Positions 1-10,762 of a stretch of DNA of 61,459 nucleotides are shown here, piece by piece; positions within the stretch are counted from its first letter, which is position 1; each line of letters starts with the position of its first letter. Made by a program: the position numbers and the translations under genes. Source of the DNA: a virus (Duplodnaviria; Caudoviricetes). The stretch spans positions 1 through 61,459 of IMG/VR virus record IMGVR_UViG_3300012352_000420, one strand, 5' to 3'. Under the pieces are notes generated by a model. The model had not been told where the DNA came from. It ran no database searches and saw nothing but the letters and a program-made list of their open reading frames with translations.

Positions 1-3000
1 ATGTAGAAGGATTTAACAATATTGATTCTTCAAGGGTTGATAGCTATGCAGCGTCATTAAAGGCACAGTTTGTTGGAATGGGAATGTCTGCCTCTGATGC
101 AACAAATCAAATATATGCAATAATTAAGGCTTCTGACAAGGCTAATCAAGCATTAGGTGCGATATCAGCAAAGTCATTTAAGTCTATTCAGACAACTGCT
201 CAAGGTGTTGCCTTTATGGTTAAGGCTCTAAACAAAGAACTTAACAGCCAAGACTTTAATGCAGAAGAGTATGGGACTGGAGTAGACACGCTCTTAAATT
301 CTCTTTATGCTTATCAGGATGGATTAATAGGTACAAAAACAAAAACTGGTGAGATAATTGATGAAACAGATGCCTTAAAAATGGCACTGGATAAAGTTGT
401 AAAAATAGAGGGATCTCGCACTACACTTTCTGAAGATCAGCTAGAATCTCTAAAGGAACAAAACGTAGTCTATGGATCTATACTTGGTAAAAATGAAAAC
501 CTTAGAAGTATAACTGCTAAAATATTAATGTACAATGCTGGACTAGGTGAAATTGTTGATCTTTCTCAGATGGGTGCACAAGAAGCAGTAAAGATGGCAA
601 ACAACCTAAAGGTTGTTCAAGATGCCATGAATGCAATTACAATTAAGACTACTGATGATAACCCACTGTCACCATTGGCAAGACTTAGAAACTCAGCAAA
701 GCTGCAAAGCGAAGAGTCCCAAAAGGCTCTCAAAAAACTTAAAGAAGTAGACGAAGATTATTACAATGATAAGATAGAAAATCATCAAAAAATAATTGAA
801 AAGATTGAGGAAGAGACAGCAGCAAGACTCAAGCTTCTTGATGTTGAGCAGAAGCGTGTAGATTATGAATCAGAATTAGCTGGAGCAAAGCTTAGGTACG
901 AGCAAGCTATTGCTAATGGAGATATGGCTCAGGCTGCACGAGAGCAATTAACTATTAATAAGATTATGTCTGATAGACAAAGACAGTTAACATCACAGTC
1001 TATTACAGACAAGGCAGAGAAAGACAAAAAGGCTCAGCAAGAAGAGATAAATGAACTGCAAAAGCAACTAAAGTCTGCTAAAGAAGGATATTCTGCTATA
1101 ACTGCAAAGGCATCGTCCGATCTTGCTGCCTATCAAGTTTACGAAGATTATATGAATAGATTTGAAGCTATAGCTATAAGAAACATTGGTAAAAAGAGTT
1201 TAGGCTCAGATGACAAAAAAGAGATGGCAGTACTATTGCAGGAAATGATTGATGCTGGAGGAAAGCTTAAAGAAGCAGCATTAGCAATAAAAGCTGATTA
1301 TCCAGCTACAACCACAACAACAATTACGGCAAATGGACCAGTTGCTACTACACAACCTGGTGACTGGATGAATGGCCTCATCAATCAATTAAAGGCTGCA
1401 TCTAAGTCAGTAAGTGATGGCAAGTTCTCAACAGCAGTAGCAAACTTTGCTGCAGCAGTTGAAAAATTTGCTGGACAAACAAGTACAAATGCGCCAGCAA
1501 AAGATCAGCAGCAGGATGTACCGTGGTATGAGCAAAGACCTGGAGTCTCAATAGGTGAGGATATAAGCTATATCCACTTTGTATTTAAGAATAAAAAATA
1601 TTCTGCTTCTATCGGATCAAAAGATTGGGAAGACGCATTTGCTGATGCTCAAAATATTGGCGCAAAAAATATATCATGGAATAAGTATAGAAAAGAAGGC
1701 TGGACAGATGCAGCATATGATGGAATATCAAGAGACAAGCCGTTTGAAGGCCTGCAGTATACAAAGAAGGCTTCTGGCGGAATGGTTCAACACTTTGAGC
1801 CAGGAGGAAAGGTGTCTGGGCCAGGAACTTCTACATCTGATTCTATTCCAGCAATGCTTTCTGATGGAGAGTATGTAATCAAGGCAGACTCTGTAAAGAA
1901 GTATGGAGTCGATACATTTGAAGCACTTAATACTCAAAGATTTGCAAGTGGCGGATCCGTAAGAAGAAAGCTATCTTCTAGCCATGTATCAAGCTCAAAG
2001 ATTAATAATGAATTTGTCACACAAACACAAATTAATGAAATGCTTGCTGAGCGAGGAATGGACCCTAGCAAGTTTAAAGATAGGTCCAGAAAACTACCTT
2101 CTAAGGTTACACCAGAGCTTATCGCAAAAATTATGTCAGCAGGTGCAAAGCAAGGATCATTAGCTAGCTATCAGCAAATGGCTATTAGTGCAATGAAGGG
2201 GTCTGAGCGCAATCAAGACTTTATGCTTAAACATCTTAATGATGCAACAGCAATGAATATGCCAAACTGGAACTTGCCTGGAAGCTATGCATACTTAGCT
2301 AGAGAGATGGCTGGATCTGGAAGAAGCAAAGATTTTATTAGAGAAAAGCTTGGATTAGCATCAAATATTTATGTCCCAGGAAAGTTTGCAAGTGGTGGAT
2401 CCGTAGGCTCCTCTAAGGGCAAGTCAAGTATTGATAAGACATACATGAACGAGATAAAGAAGAGGTTTAAAAAAGATGGCTCATCAATGCCATATATTCC
2501 AGGAACAAGCATAGTCCCAGATTCAAGAGAATTCTTTGCCTACATGAATCTTGCTAATGGTGGATATATTCAAAAGTTTGGTAGCGGAGGAATGGCGTCT
2601 ACACCACACGATAAGGGTATGCAGTGGGGTGTAGGTAATAAGAAAAAATCAATATGGCAAAAGGCATACGATAACTTTATATTTCCTACAGTTTTATCAG
2701 CAGACAGAGTACAATCTGCATTCACTGGAACAAACCCAATAGCATCTACAAATCTAAAAATGTATGCTGATTGGGAGGCAAAAGGCAAAAAGGACGGGTT
2801 TATGTCAATGATGGGTGCAGCAGCACCTACTATATTAATGGACCTTGCATCACTTATTACTCCTATTGCGCTTGGCAATTCTTTGGGTAGAGGATTTATA
2901 GAACAGTATGGTATTTCAAAGGGAATTCCAGGATTAGGATCACTTCTACCAAAGGGCTCCATCCCATTCGCTACAAAGGGAATTACAACAACTCTAAAAA

Positions 3001-5249
3001 ATACTGCTATAGCTGCAATGCTTGGTGCATCAAGACCTTTAGTCGAATCAAAAGCTAGCGCAATATTCAGCAATAAGCCAAAGATTGTAGCAACAGAGAG
3101 CGAATCAATGAGACGCCGAAAAGATGGTGCAACCCCAGGCATTATTGAATATGACGGCTGGAGAATCCCTACATATACTGGCGGACCTTTTGAAGAGCAA
3201 ACAATTGTTTATCAAGGACTAGGTGAAGATTTTAGCGCTCTTCGTGGAAGAGTAAGTGCTGTTATCCCAACAAATGCAGCTGGATTACTTGGATACCTTG
3301 TTAAGAGAGAGCCAAATAATAAATACTTCAGCAACATGCTTAAGAATTTTGAAGCTGGACCAGAGTCATATGGTAAGGCAGAATACCAATTCATGACTAA
3401 GATGCTTGCAGCAAGCAGCTTTGGTGGAAGAAAAATATCTGGAAGCACAAAGATAAAAGAGCTCCCATCTGATATAGCAGAAGTTCTTAAGTTAGATAAA
3501 TATAAATATGATGTAAAGGACCTAACTGAAGATTCATCATTTAGCGAAATCCCATTTGTATTAAGAGAAAAATTGCAAAAAATGAATCTTAATAAGAATG
3601 AAACTTCTCAAAACTCAGAAACAGAAGGACTAACTCTTTTATTAGACTCTATGCTAGGTAACAAAACTGCTACCGCTCAATTGAATACCAGACTAAAACT
3701 TCTTTCACCAGAGCTTAAGGGTATAACTGGCAAGTATAAGTCAAGTATTGAAGAGGCTGCAGAGGCTTATAGAAGTAGAATGTCTGAGAGAGACATGAGA
3801 TGGTATGAAGATACTGGTCTAGATGAAATTCCTATGGTAAGGTCATATAACTATGGAATGAAGTTTGACGAGAATGGCAATGTTGTTGAAAATGCTGCAG
3901 GCTTTGAAATATTTAAGCACTTATTTAAAAAATCAAATAATCCAGATGACGCATACTCAAGATCTACAAGACACTGGACCGCATATGACGCAGTGCAGTC
4001 TTCAACTCAGCATGGAAATTCAAGTTGGGGAGAAGGCAATAAGATTGTAGTAACAACACTTAAGAATCTAATGAATGCAAATGGAAAGCCTGAAACATTG
4101 CATGCTGTAGATTCATGGTGGCTACAACAATTTGGAAAGCAATTTAAGGTTCCAAGAAAACAAGCGAGCATAGTTACTCCCTATGTAGATAAAGTTGCAT
4201 ATGCCAACATTTTGAAAAAACGAGGCCTATGGGAGCCTGGTAAACAACTGCCATTGATTGCTGAAGATCCAGCAACAAAGGAAGTTTTTTATCTAACGCA
4301 AAAGAAATATTCAAAGACAGACTTGGATCAAGTTTTAGCAGAATTTGAAAATGATAAGTTCCTTCCAGACATTAAAAAGCAGACTGGCCTAGAAAGAGGC
4401 CCGTGGGACTTTAAGATGGGAACTGGTGTCTTTGCAACAACTAGTGACCGTAATAGAAGCACCTATAGTGTTGAAAGAGCTCTTCAAATTGCTGCAATTA
4501 GACGTGCACAAAAGCAAATTGGAATAGATATTCCTTATAGAGAAATTACAGGAGGCTCTTTTGAGGGGCCAATGGAGAGCACTCTTAAAGATGTAGCAGC
4601 TAAGCATGGAATTAAATATAGTCCATTCCATAACAGTAGTAACCTAGGAGAGCTTGAAAAATCATCTAATACTAATCCATTAAGAAAATTAAATGAAGAT
4701 TACATGCCAGAAGGAACTCAAACGGGTACTGGTGCAATGGGTGCAGCACTTATGAGCATGCAATTTGGAAAATTCTCTAGCGGTAAATATAGAGCGTCAT
4801 ATTCTCCAGAAAATACTAGAATTCAAAATGTTGTAGGAGAATATATAAAAAGCTTTATGGCTTATAAGTATGGAGAATCTAAGACGCCTCCATCATACAG
4901 CATGTTCTTAAAAGATATTGAAAGAATTAAAGAAGATACTAGAGAGGCAAATCTGTTCTCAGGCGGAGGATATGTTGGAAATCAATCCATGAAATTGCCA
5001 AAGTTTGATCAAGGAATCAACCTTGTGCCACAAGATATGATGGCTCTTATCCATAAAAATGAAGCGGTTGTTCCAGCCAGCATGAACCCCTTTAATCCTA
5101 ACGCTAATAATGCTACAATGGGTGGAGCTCAATACAATGTAAATGTAACACTAAATGGCTCTAGCATTGATGCAGACGATGTTGCTAGAGTAATTACAAG
5201 AGAATTAAAGATTCGTGAGTCTATGAATGGAAGGTCGGTGATTAGATAA
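1..5249 (+). CDS. Tape measure protein (5'-truncated; first in-window ATG at 78) with C-terminal cargo segments
   Basis: Long ORF, Ala/Lys/Glu-rich helical N-part. Carries the TMP-type block GGKVSGPGTSTSDSIPAMLSDGEYVI and C-terminal LPKFDQG...ALIHKNEAVVP...YNVNVTLNG. Directly upstream of tail genes. Confidence 0.85.
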   Translation, partial: VEGFNNIDSSRVDSYAASLKAQFVGMGMSASDATNQIYAIIKASDKANQALGAISAKSFKSIQTTAQGVAFMVKALNKELNSQDFNAEEYGTGVDTLLNSLYAYQDGLIGTKTKTGEIIDETDALKMALDKVVKIEGSRTTLSEDQLESLKEQNVVYGSILGKNENLRSITAKILMYNAGLGEIVDLSQMGAQEAVKMANNLKVVQDAMNAITIKTTDDNPLSPLARLRNSAKLQSEESQKALKKLKEVDEDYYNDKIENHQKIIEKIEEETAARLKLLDVEQKRVDYESELAGAKLRYEQAIANGDMAQAAREQLTINKIMSDRQRQLTSQSITDKAEKDKKAQQEEINELQKQLKSAKEGYSAITAKASSDLAAYQVYEDYMNRFEAIAIRNIGKKSLGSDDKKEMAVLLQEMIDAGGKLKEAALAIKADYPATTTTTITANGPVATTQPGDWMNGLINQLKAASKSVSDGKFSTAVANFAAAVEKFAGQTSTNAPAKDQQQDVPWYEQRPGVSIGEDISYIHFVFKNKKYSASIGSKDWEDAFADAQNIGAKNISWNKYRKEGWTDAAYDGISRDKPFEGLQYTKKASGGMVQHFEPGGKVSGPGTSTSDSIPAMLSDGEYVIKADSVKKYGVDTFEALNTQRFASGGSVRRKLSSSHVSSSKINNEFVTQTQINEMLAERGMDPSKFKDRSRKLPSKVTPELIAKIMSAGAKQGSLASYQQMAISAMKGSERNQDFMLKHLNDATAMNMPNWNLPGSYAYLAREMAGSGRSKDFIREKLGLASNIYVPGKFASGGSVGSSKGKSSIDKTYMNEIKKRFKKDGSSMPYIPGTSIVPDSREFFAYMNLANGGYIQKFGSGGMASTPHDKGMQWGVGNKKKSIWQKAYDNFIFPTVLSADRVQSAFTGTNPIASTNLKMYADWEAKGKKDGFMSMMGAAAPTILMDLASLITPIALGNSLGRGFIEQYGISKGIPGLGSLLPKGSIPFATKGITTTLKNTAIAAMLGASRPLVESKASAIFSNKPKIVATESESMRRRKDGATPGIIEYDGWRIPTYTGGPFEEQTIVYQGLGEDFSALRGRVSAVIPTNAAGLLGYLVKREPNNKYFSNMLKNFEAGPESYGKAEYQFMTKMLAASSFGGRKISGSTKIKELPSDIAEVLKLDKYKYDVKDLTEDSSFSEIPFVLREKLQKMNLNKNETSQNSETEGLTLLLDSMLGNKTATAQLNTRLKLLSPELKGITGKYKSSIEEAAEAYRSRMSERDMRWYEDTGLDEIPMVRSYNYGMKFDENGNVVENAAGFEIFKHLFKKSNNPDDAYSRSTRHWTAYDAVQSSTQHGNSSWGEGNKIVVTTLKNLMNANGKPETLHAVDSWWLQQFGKQFKVPRKQASIVTPYVDKVAYANILKKRGLWEPGKQLPLIAEDPATKEVFYLTQKKYSKTDLDQVLAEFENDKFLPDIKKQTGLERGPWDFKMGTGVFATTSDRNRSTYSVERALQIAAIRRAQKQIGIDIPYREITGGSFEGPMESTLKDVAAKHGIKYSPFHNSSNLGELEKSSNTNPLRKLNEDYMPEGTQTGTGAMGAALMSMQFGKFSSGKYRASYSPENTRIQNVVGEYIKSFMAYKYGESKTPPSYSMFLKDIERIKEDTREANLFSGGGYVGNQSMKLPKFDQGINLVPQDMMALIHKNEAVVPASMNPFNPNANNATMGGAQYNVNVTLNGSSIDADDVARVITRELKIRESMNGRSVIR
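1941..2405 (+). repeat. 21-nt direct repeat TTTGCAAGTGGYGGATCCGTA (1941-1961, 2385-2405), encoding FASGGSV
   Basis: Seen directly; one mismatch between copies. Confidence 0.9.
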
Positions 5250-5680
5250 TGTCAATGGTACTATCAAAAGGATCCGCTATTGAATTTGAGTCTTCCAGCG
5301 TTTGGTATAAGATGTCAGAGCATAACCGATCTGCTTTGGATGTAACACCAATTAGAATTGAAAAAATGGAAAGAACCGCAAACGGTACTGCCAGAAAGTT
5401 CTTTGTTGCAGAAAAAAAGAAGATTTCTTGCAGTTGGGACATGTTGCCTTCAACGACTGCTTTAACGGTTGACGGTGGCTGGGGAGCTGTAAATCTAAAA
5501 TCTTTTTATGAGAGCTCAGCTGGTCAGGGGTCGTTTAGAGTAAGATTAAACTATGCGGAAAATGGCGTGACAAATGTGCAATCACCAATAACTGTAATGT
5601 TTACAGAGTGTTCAATTGTTCTTGTCAAAAGAGGAGCACAAGCTTTCTGGAATGTATCCATAACTCTGGAGGAAGTATAA
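5249..5680 (+). CDS. Tail protein (distal-tail-like)
   Basis: 143 aa right after TMP, start overlapping the TMP stop. ERTANGTARKF motif and C-terminal WNVSITLEEV resemble siphovirus minor tail proteins. Confidence 0.65.
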   Translation: MSMVLSKGSAIEFESSSVWYKMSEHNRSALDVTPIRIEKMERTANGTARKFFVAEKKKISCSWDMLPSTTALTVDGGWGAVNLKSFYESSAGQGSFRVRLNYAENGVTNVQSPITVMFTECSIVLVKRGAQAFWNVSITLEEV

Positions 5681-5681
5681 A

Positions 5682-7646
5682 GTGATAACTTTATCTGATT
5701 CAGCAGCTAATGATAACATCAAAAGCATATTTAAGTCTAATACATCTATAAGAATTTCATCTGGTTGTTTTATTGAGTATAATATGAATTCAATGACTAA
5801 CTTAACAGAATCAAGCGTAACTAGTACAGCGTATACGACCATTGGAAGCAAAACTCCATTTAAAAAGCTTTTTCCAGTTGACTCTATCGTAAAAACATTT
5901 AGGCCACAAAAAGCAGGAATCAAGTATGCAATTGTTGGTGATGTTGCAAAAAACACATATAGAGATCCAAAGACTTTAGAGTATGATCTAAACTATAGAA
6001 CATACTATCCAGGAGAAACCAATAGCTATAAATATTGGATAACTCCAAAAGATGCAGCAAGCCCATATATTGCAATTTCTTATCCTAAAGATATTGTTAC
6101 TAATAAAATAGTTATTAAGTTTGAGATATCTCATTCTATACCACCAACCTGGGATATATTAACAACTGGAGCTGGAGTTACAAATTTAGCTAGCGGTGCC
6201 TCTATTAAAAGCGGAACATCTTCAGATATAGGATCTTTTTCATCATCAAAGCCAGGACTACTTGCATTATATTACACTGGTTCAGCGTGGGTAACAGATG
6301 AGACTAAATTAAATACATCTGCCTATCAAACAATTAGAACAATTAAGTTATCTATGGGGCAAATAACTGGCTATGCTGGAGTTATAGAGCTTTCTCCAAG
6401 GTGGGTCAAAGATATATCAGAAACCGTTAAATCATTTAGCTTAAACAAAGAATCGTCTTCGTCGCAAGACGACATTGTACCAGTAGGAAATGTAACTGCA
6501 AATTCTCTTACAATGGATCTAATAAAGTATAATTCTTCATATCCAGAAATTTTATCTTATGACATATCAGATTCAGTTGCGATAGAGCCGAGTAGAATTT
6601 ATGTATATGAGAACTCTGAGATTAGCCCATATCTAATTGTTTATCATGAAAATGGATTAGAAGGAACTAGCCCACTAAAGTATGATAAAGTATGGCAGGG
6701 TAAATTTTATATAGCAGACTGGACTGACTCTGAGTTTAATGATATCTCTATAGTTGCATTAGATAGCGCAAAATTTTTACAAGAAATAGTTGCTCCACCT
6801 ATTTTGTCTCAAGACTTTTCTGTAGTATCTGTAATAAGACAGATGCTTGACAATATTGGTTTTACCTCATATAACTTTAATTTACAAAAAAATGAATCAG
6901 ATATTGTTGTAGATAAATCTATTATCACAATGGCATACTGGTGGACGGAAGATAATCAAACAGTTTGGGATGTCATACAAGAACTTTGCCGTGATACGCA
7001 GATGACTGCATTCTTTGATGAGGATAATATATTACAATTCTATAGCAGAGAGTATATGTACGACCCAACAAGAACCGAGTCTTGGATCCTTGCTTCAGAA
7101 TCAGTTGGCTCATATATACCAAATATTATAGATCTATCTAAAAACAAGGTTCCTACTGCTAATCAAATTAAAATTTTATGGGAAAGCGCAATAACATCAG
7201 ATTATGGAGGAGACCTTGATCCAATATGGTCTGCAGATCCATCATTCCTTCTAGCTGCAGCATTAACAGAAGACTTAACTGCCGAGACTGGAGTTGGTGG
7301 ATATATGAAGTTAAGCCCAGTGTCAATTCAAAATGACTTTAACCCAACCACTGGCCTTGCGTTTTCTGGGTATTTTGCAATAAACAATGAGATAATACAA
7401 TATGATGCAGTCCAGTATGAATATGAGCCAAGCTCTGCTCCAGGAACACGAGTATCTGTTGATATAGAAAATGCTTCTGATATTGCAAAGTCTAAAGGGC
7501 TAGCAGTTCCTTCATCAACAGCATTTAAGCCAAATGGTAAATATAGAATTAAAGAAAGGGGAGCTTTCGGAACAGGTCCAGCAAAATTGCATAGTTCAAA
7601 ATATGATGCAAGCGCATGGAATGTAAACCGAATAACTATATCATAA
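5682..7646 (+). CDS. Minor tail / baseplate hub protein, N-terminal part
   Basis: Position; hub-like segment VIRQMLDNIGF...VWDVIQELCRDTQMTAFFDEDNILQF. Confidence 0.65.
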   Translation: MITLSDSAANDNIKSIFKSNTSIRISSGCFIEYNMNSMTNLTESSVTSTAYTTIGSKTPFKKLFPVDSIVKTFRPQKAGIKYAIVGDVAKNTYRDPKTLEYDLNYRTYYPGETNSYKYWITPKDAASPYIAISYPKDIVTNKIVIKFEISHSIPPTWDILTTGAGVTNLASGASIKSGTSSDIGSFSSSKPGLLALYYTGSAWVTDETKLNTSAYQTIRTIKLSMGQITGYAGVIELSPRWVKDISETVKSFSLNKESSSSQDDIVPVGNVTANSLTMDLIKYNSSYPEILSYDISDSVAIEPSRIYVYENSEISPYLIVYHENGLEGTSPLKYDKVWQGKFYIADWTDSEFNDISIVALDSAKFLQEIVAPPILSQDFSVVSVIRQMLDNIGFTSYNFNLQKNESDIVVDKSIITMAYWWTEDNQTVWDVIQELCRDTQMTAFFDEDNILQFYSREYMYDPTRTESWILASESVGSYIPNIIDLSKNKVPTANQIKILWESAITSDYGGDLDPIWSADPSFLLAAALTEDLTAETGVGGYMKLSPVSIQNDFNPTTGLAFSGYFAINNEIIQYDAVQYEYEPSSAPGTRVSVDIENASDIAKSKGLAVPSSTAFKPNGKYRIKERGAFGTGPAKLHSSKYDASAWNVNRITIS

Positions 7647-7647
7647 T

Positions 7648-9417
7648 ATGCCAATAGCCCCAGATTTACTTTTAATTGGAGAAGACTCGTCATCAACCTT
7701 AGAGATATGGTACATCGGTGCATCAGAAGTTTTATACAACTCTGCGACCATCACATTTGGATTAGGCCTTTCTACTGGGTCGATTAAATATAGGCATTAT
7801 GTTGAAGGTTCTCCAAGTGGTTCTTACCAGACAACAAATGGTGCCACCGTTACTCTTAGTGGGCTGCTGCCAAATACAACATATACTATTGAGGCTACAC
7901 CATACTCGCTGCAAAATGGCGGTGGATCAACTGGTGACAAAAAGTCAATATCATTTAAGACTCCAGTACAGTCAAAGGCAGGTGCAGTTGTTCAATCATT
8001 AAACTTAAGTCCAGTAGATGCAATTACCAAAGGTATGCTTGCTAGAATACTGGCAACTGAGGCTGAAGCAGCAGCATTAAATTATGGTATTACTAGTCAA
8101 ACAGATCAAAGCTCATCAGCTTCAGCATCTACACCATCTGTTAAGCCAGCTTCTGGTGCCGAGGCATCTTCTCTCAAGCCAACAAATTCAGTATTTCAGC
8201 TAAGCAATAATTCAAAAGAAATTGGAAGTTATATTTCTGCAGAGAAGACCTTTAGTATAGACACAAGCGGATCTTATTATGCATTTGGTACAACAATATT
8301 TTTAAAGCAAGACAACGATGTGTCTTCATCCAATTATGGCGGTATAAGTATATTTTCAGATAACCTAGGAAGACAAGGGTATTTTATAGAAATTCAATCA
8401 TCAGACGTAGCTGCCAATATAACTAAATCTAACCCAGTCAGAATATTAAAGATTAAAGATGGTAAAAAATATACTATAGATGACAGCCAGGATTTAGACA
8501 TACAAACATTCGGAGCAGTATTTGGCGGCAAATCATATAAGCTAGATGTGCTTGTAAAGAAGTCGACAGGCAAAGTAGAGTTTGTTGTTTACGTTAATGG
8601 ATTCAAAATAACAGCAACAGATGTAAATACAGACGCTTCACAATCTGTTATGCCAGCAACTAATAAAATAAGCCTGATATCTTCTCAAGGAACACTGTAC
8701 TTTGATTATGTTTATGGAATGAATATTCTAGAAGAAGATTATAATAATAGCAACATATTTAATATTTATGATGGTAAATTTTCAGATGCTACATTGTCAC
8801 TCGCATTTGGAGATAAGGTTATTAATGCTCCAACAACACAGCCAAGAAAAGCCGACATAGATGAGTTTGGTGCTGTTGCAAGAGAGATTAGACACTATAC
8901 ATTTAAATATAAAAACCCTTCCTTCCCAACATATCCAACAACTGGCGCAAACAGCCTGGTCAAGATTATTGGCAAGAAGATGGATCCATTTAAAGCTGAG
9001 ATATTTGTTATAAATAATAGTGGTATGTTTATTCCATTAGTAGACGATGAGTCAAACAGCCTCTGGCTTCTTGGCAAATCTGTATCTAAATCTAGCTACT
9101 CTGAATATGAAGATACATCGCTAAATAAGTATAACAACCCACAGCCAGTTATATTTGAATCTAGGTGGATACAAAAAGCTTCGGATGCCAAGGCGCTTGC
9201 CGATTGGATTAAGGATACATGGTCTTCAAAAAAACAGATCTTAAATATATCTGTTTTTGGTAATCCGTTATTGTCAGTTGGAGACATAGTAAAGGTACAT
9301 TATCCATATAATGATATGGACGGTAGCGAGCCATCATCAGAAAGATATGTAATCACAAGCGTGAGCCAGACATATAATGGTGGTCTTTCTACAAGCATTA
9401 CATGTAGAACATTGTAA
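7648..9417 (+). CDS. Minor tail protein: FN3 domain, beta-sandwich and hub C-terminal domain
   Basis: LSGLLPNTTYTIEATP is FN3-like. C-terminus ESRWIQ...FGNPLLSVGDIVKV...YVITSVSQTY is typical of hub C-terminal domains. Confidence 0.65.
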   Translation: MPIAPDLLLIGEDSSSTLEIWYIGASEVLYNSATITFGLGLSTGSIKYRHYVEGSPSGSYQTTNGATVTLSGLLPNTTYTIEATPYSLQNGGGSTGDKKSISFKTPVQSKAGAVVQSLNLSPVDAITKGMLARILATEAEAAALNYGITSQTDQSSSASASTPSVKPASGAEASSLKPTNSVFQLSNNSKEIGSYISAEKTFSIDTSGSYYAFGTTIFLKQDNDVSSSNYGGISIFSDNLGRQGYFIEIQSSDVAANITKSNPVRILKIKDGKKYTIDDSQDLDIQTFGAVFGGKSYKLDVLVKKSTGKVEFVVYVNGFKITATDVNTDASQSVMPATNKISLISSQGTLYFDYVYGMNILEEDYNNSNIFNIYDGKFSDATLSLAFGDKVINAPTTQPRKADIDEFGAVAREIRHYTFKYKNPSFPTYPTTGANSLVKIIGKKMDPFKAEIFVINNSGMFIPLVDDESNSLWLLGKSVSKSSYSEYEDTSLNKYNNPQPVIFESRWIQKASDAKALADWIKDTWSSKKQILNISVFGNPLLSVGDIVKVHYPYNDMDGSEPSSERYVITSVSQTYNGGLSTSITCRTL

Positions 9418-9424
9418 GGATAAA

Positions 9425-9439
9425 TGGTATAATAAATAA
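9425..9439 (+). promoter_or_regulatory. Extended -10 promoter TGGTATAAT, leaderless
   Basis: TATAAT at 9428-9433, 6 nt before ATG 9440, no SD. Confidence 0.65.
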
Positions 9440-9802
9440 ATGGCAAAAAATAGAGTATCAGAAACAGACTTAACTAGAATTAAGCCTTTACAGGTATACT
9501 CTAATTCGCCAGAGTCCCTGGATATAGATCCTAGGCACATAAGAGTTGTAACTGGAACCGTTGTTGAGCGTTATATAGTTGGGACTGGTGGAAGCTCGGT
9601 TGACTATGAGGTAAATGATGAAGAGTATGAGGCTCCTGGAGTACCCCATTTAGCAGATATATCTATAGTTAAGAATGCTTCTTATGTGGATAAAAAGGGT
9701 AATGTTAGATCTAGAATTATATTTAGAGTTAAAAACTCAAGTGGTGAAGCAGTTAATGGAGTAGATGCAAGACTAGAATTACTTGGAGGAACTGATCAAT
9801 AA
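9440..9802 (+). CDS. Hypothetical tail-region protein
   Basis: 120-aa ORF in tail module, stop overlaps next start. Confidence 0.7.
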   Translation: MAKNRVSETDLTRIKPLQVYSNSPESLDIDPRHIRVVTGTVVERYIVGTGGSSVDYEVNDEEYEAPGVPHLADISIVKNASYVDKKGNVRSRIIFRVKNSSGEAVNGVDARLELLGGTDQ

Positions 9803-10761
9803 TGATAACTGGTGAATATATATTCTACTCTGATGGTTTAGAGGTAGCTAGATCTAAAAATATTATAACTAAGTTTGGAAAAAGATTCCTGACAGAGCAT
9901 TTAGCAGGAATGATTTCTTTTACATATAAAGATATTGCAGTTGGAATAGCAAATGGAACTGACTTCGCATTAGCAGACACAAATAGCAGACTAGGCTTTG
10001 AATTCTATAAGTCACAGGTTAATTTTGGTAGCATAGATATTCAGCCAAGCGGAGATACCTTTTCATATAGCGTAGTATATAAAACAACACTCCCCCAGGA
10101 CCTTGTTGGAACAATAAAGGAGATTGGGTTATATCCAGGCGGAAGAGTTTCAAGAATTTCATATGACAGCAAGTTCATATCTACATTTGAAAATAATTTA
10201 GAGTGGAAGGATTCTGATGGGTATAATCCTTTATTGGTAGACTCAGTAACACCTAGAGTCGGAAACTATGTAATGAAGGTCGGAATGCCATCAGGAGATA
10301 CAGTTAACACCTCTAAGGAGTATAAGCTTGCAACAGGTGTGTTTGATTTATCTGGATATAGCGTAAATGATAGCATAACATTAGCATTTAATAAGGCTGA
10401 CTCAAATGCCTCAAATATTAGAGTAATATTTTACAGCTCTCCAACTGATTATTTTTACGGGGACATGGATATATCAGCACTTGCTACAGGCGATAGAATA
10501 GTTAATCTATCGCTTTCAGATGTATTTGATAATTCTTCTGGCACACCAGATGCAACAAATATTTCATTTATAGGAATAGAGTTTACTAGATCAAGTGCTT
10601 CTTCTCAGTCTTATGTTTATTTAGATGCAATAAGAATTAATGATGAGGATACATTCGATCCAGGATTTGGAATGATAAGCAGATCTGTTTTATCTGTACC
10701 AATTGAAAAATTAGCTGGAAGACCAATCGACATAGAATATAAGATTACATTAGGATTCTAG
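9802..10761 (+). CDS. Putative baseplate/tail protein
   Basis: N-terminal KNIITKFGK...IAVG...IKEIGLY...IEYKITL frame, as in baseplate/tail-collar proteins, with an inserted beta-rich domain. Confidence 0.55.
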   Translation: MITGEYIFYSDGLEVARSKNIITKFGKRFLTEHLAGMISFTYKDIAVGIANGTDFALADTNSRLGFEFYKSQVNFGSIDIQPSGDTFSYSVVYKTTLPQDLVGTIKEIGLYPGGRVSRISYDSKFISTFENNLEWKDSDGYNPLLVDSVTPRVGNYVMKVGMPSGDTVNTSKEYKLATGVFDLSGYSVNDSITLAFNKADSNASNIRVIFYSSPTDYFYGDMDISALATGDRIVNLSLSDVFDNSSGTPDATNISFIGIEFTRSSASSQSYVYLDAIRINDEDTFDPGFGMISRSVLSVPIEKLAGRPIDIEYKITLGF

Positions 10762-10762
10762 C

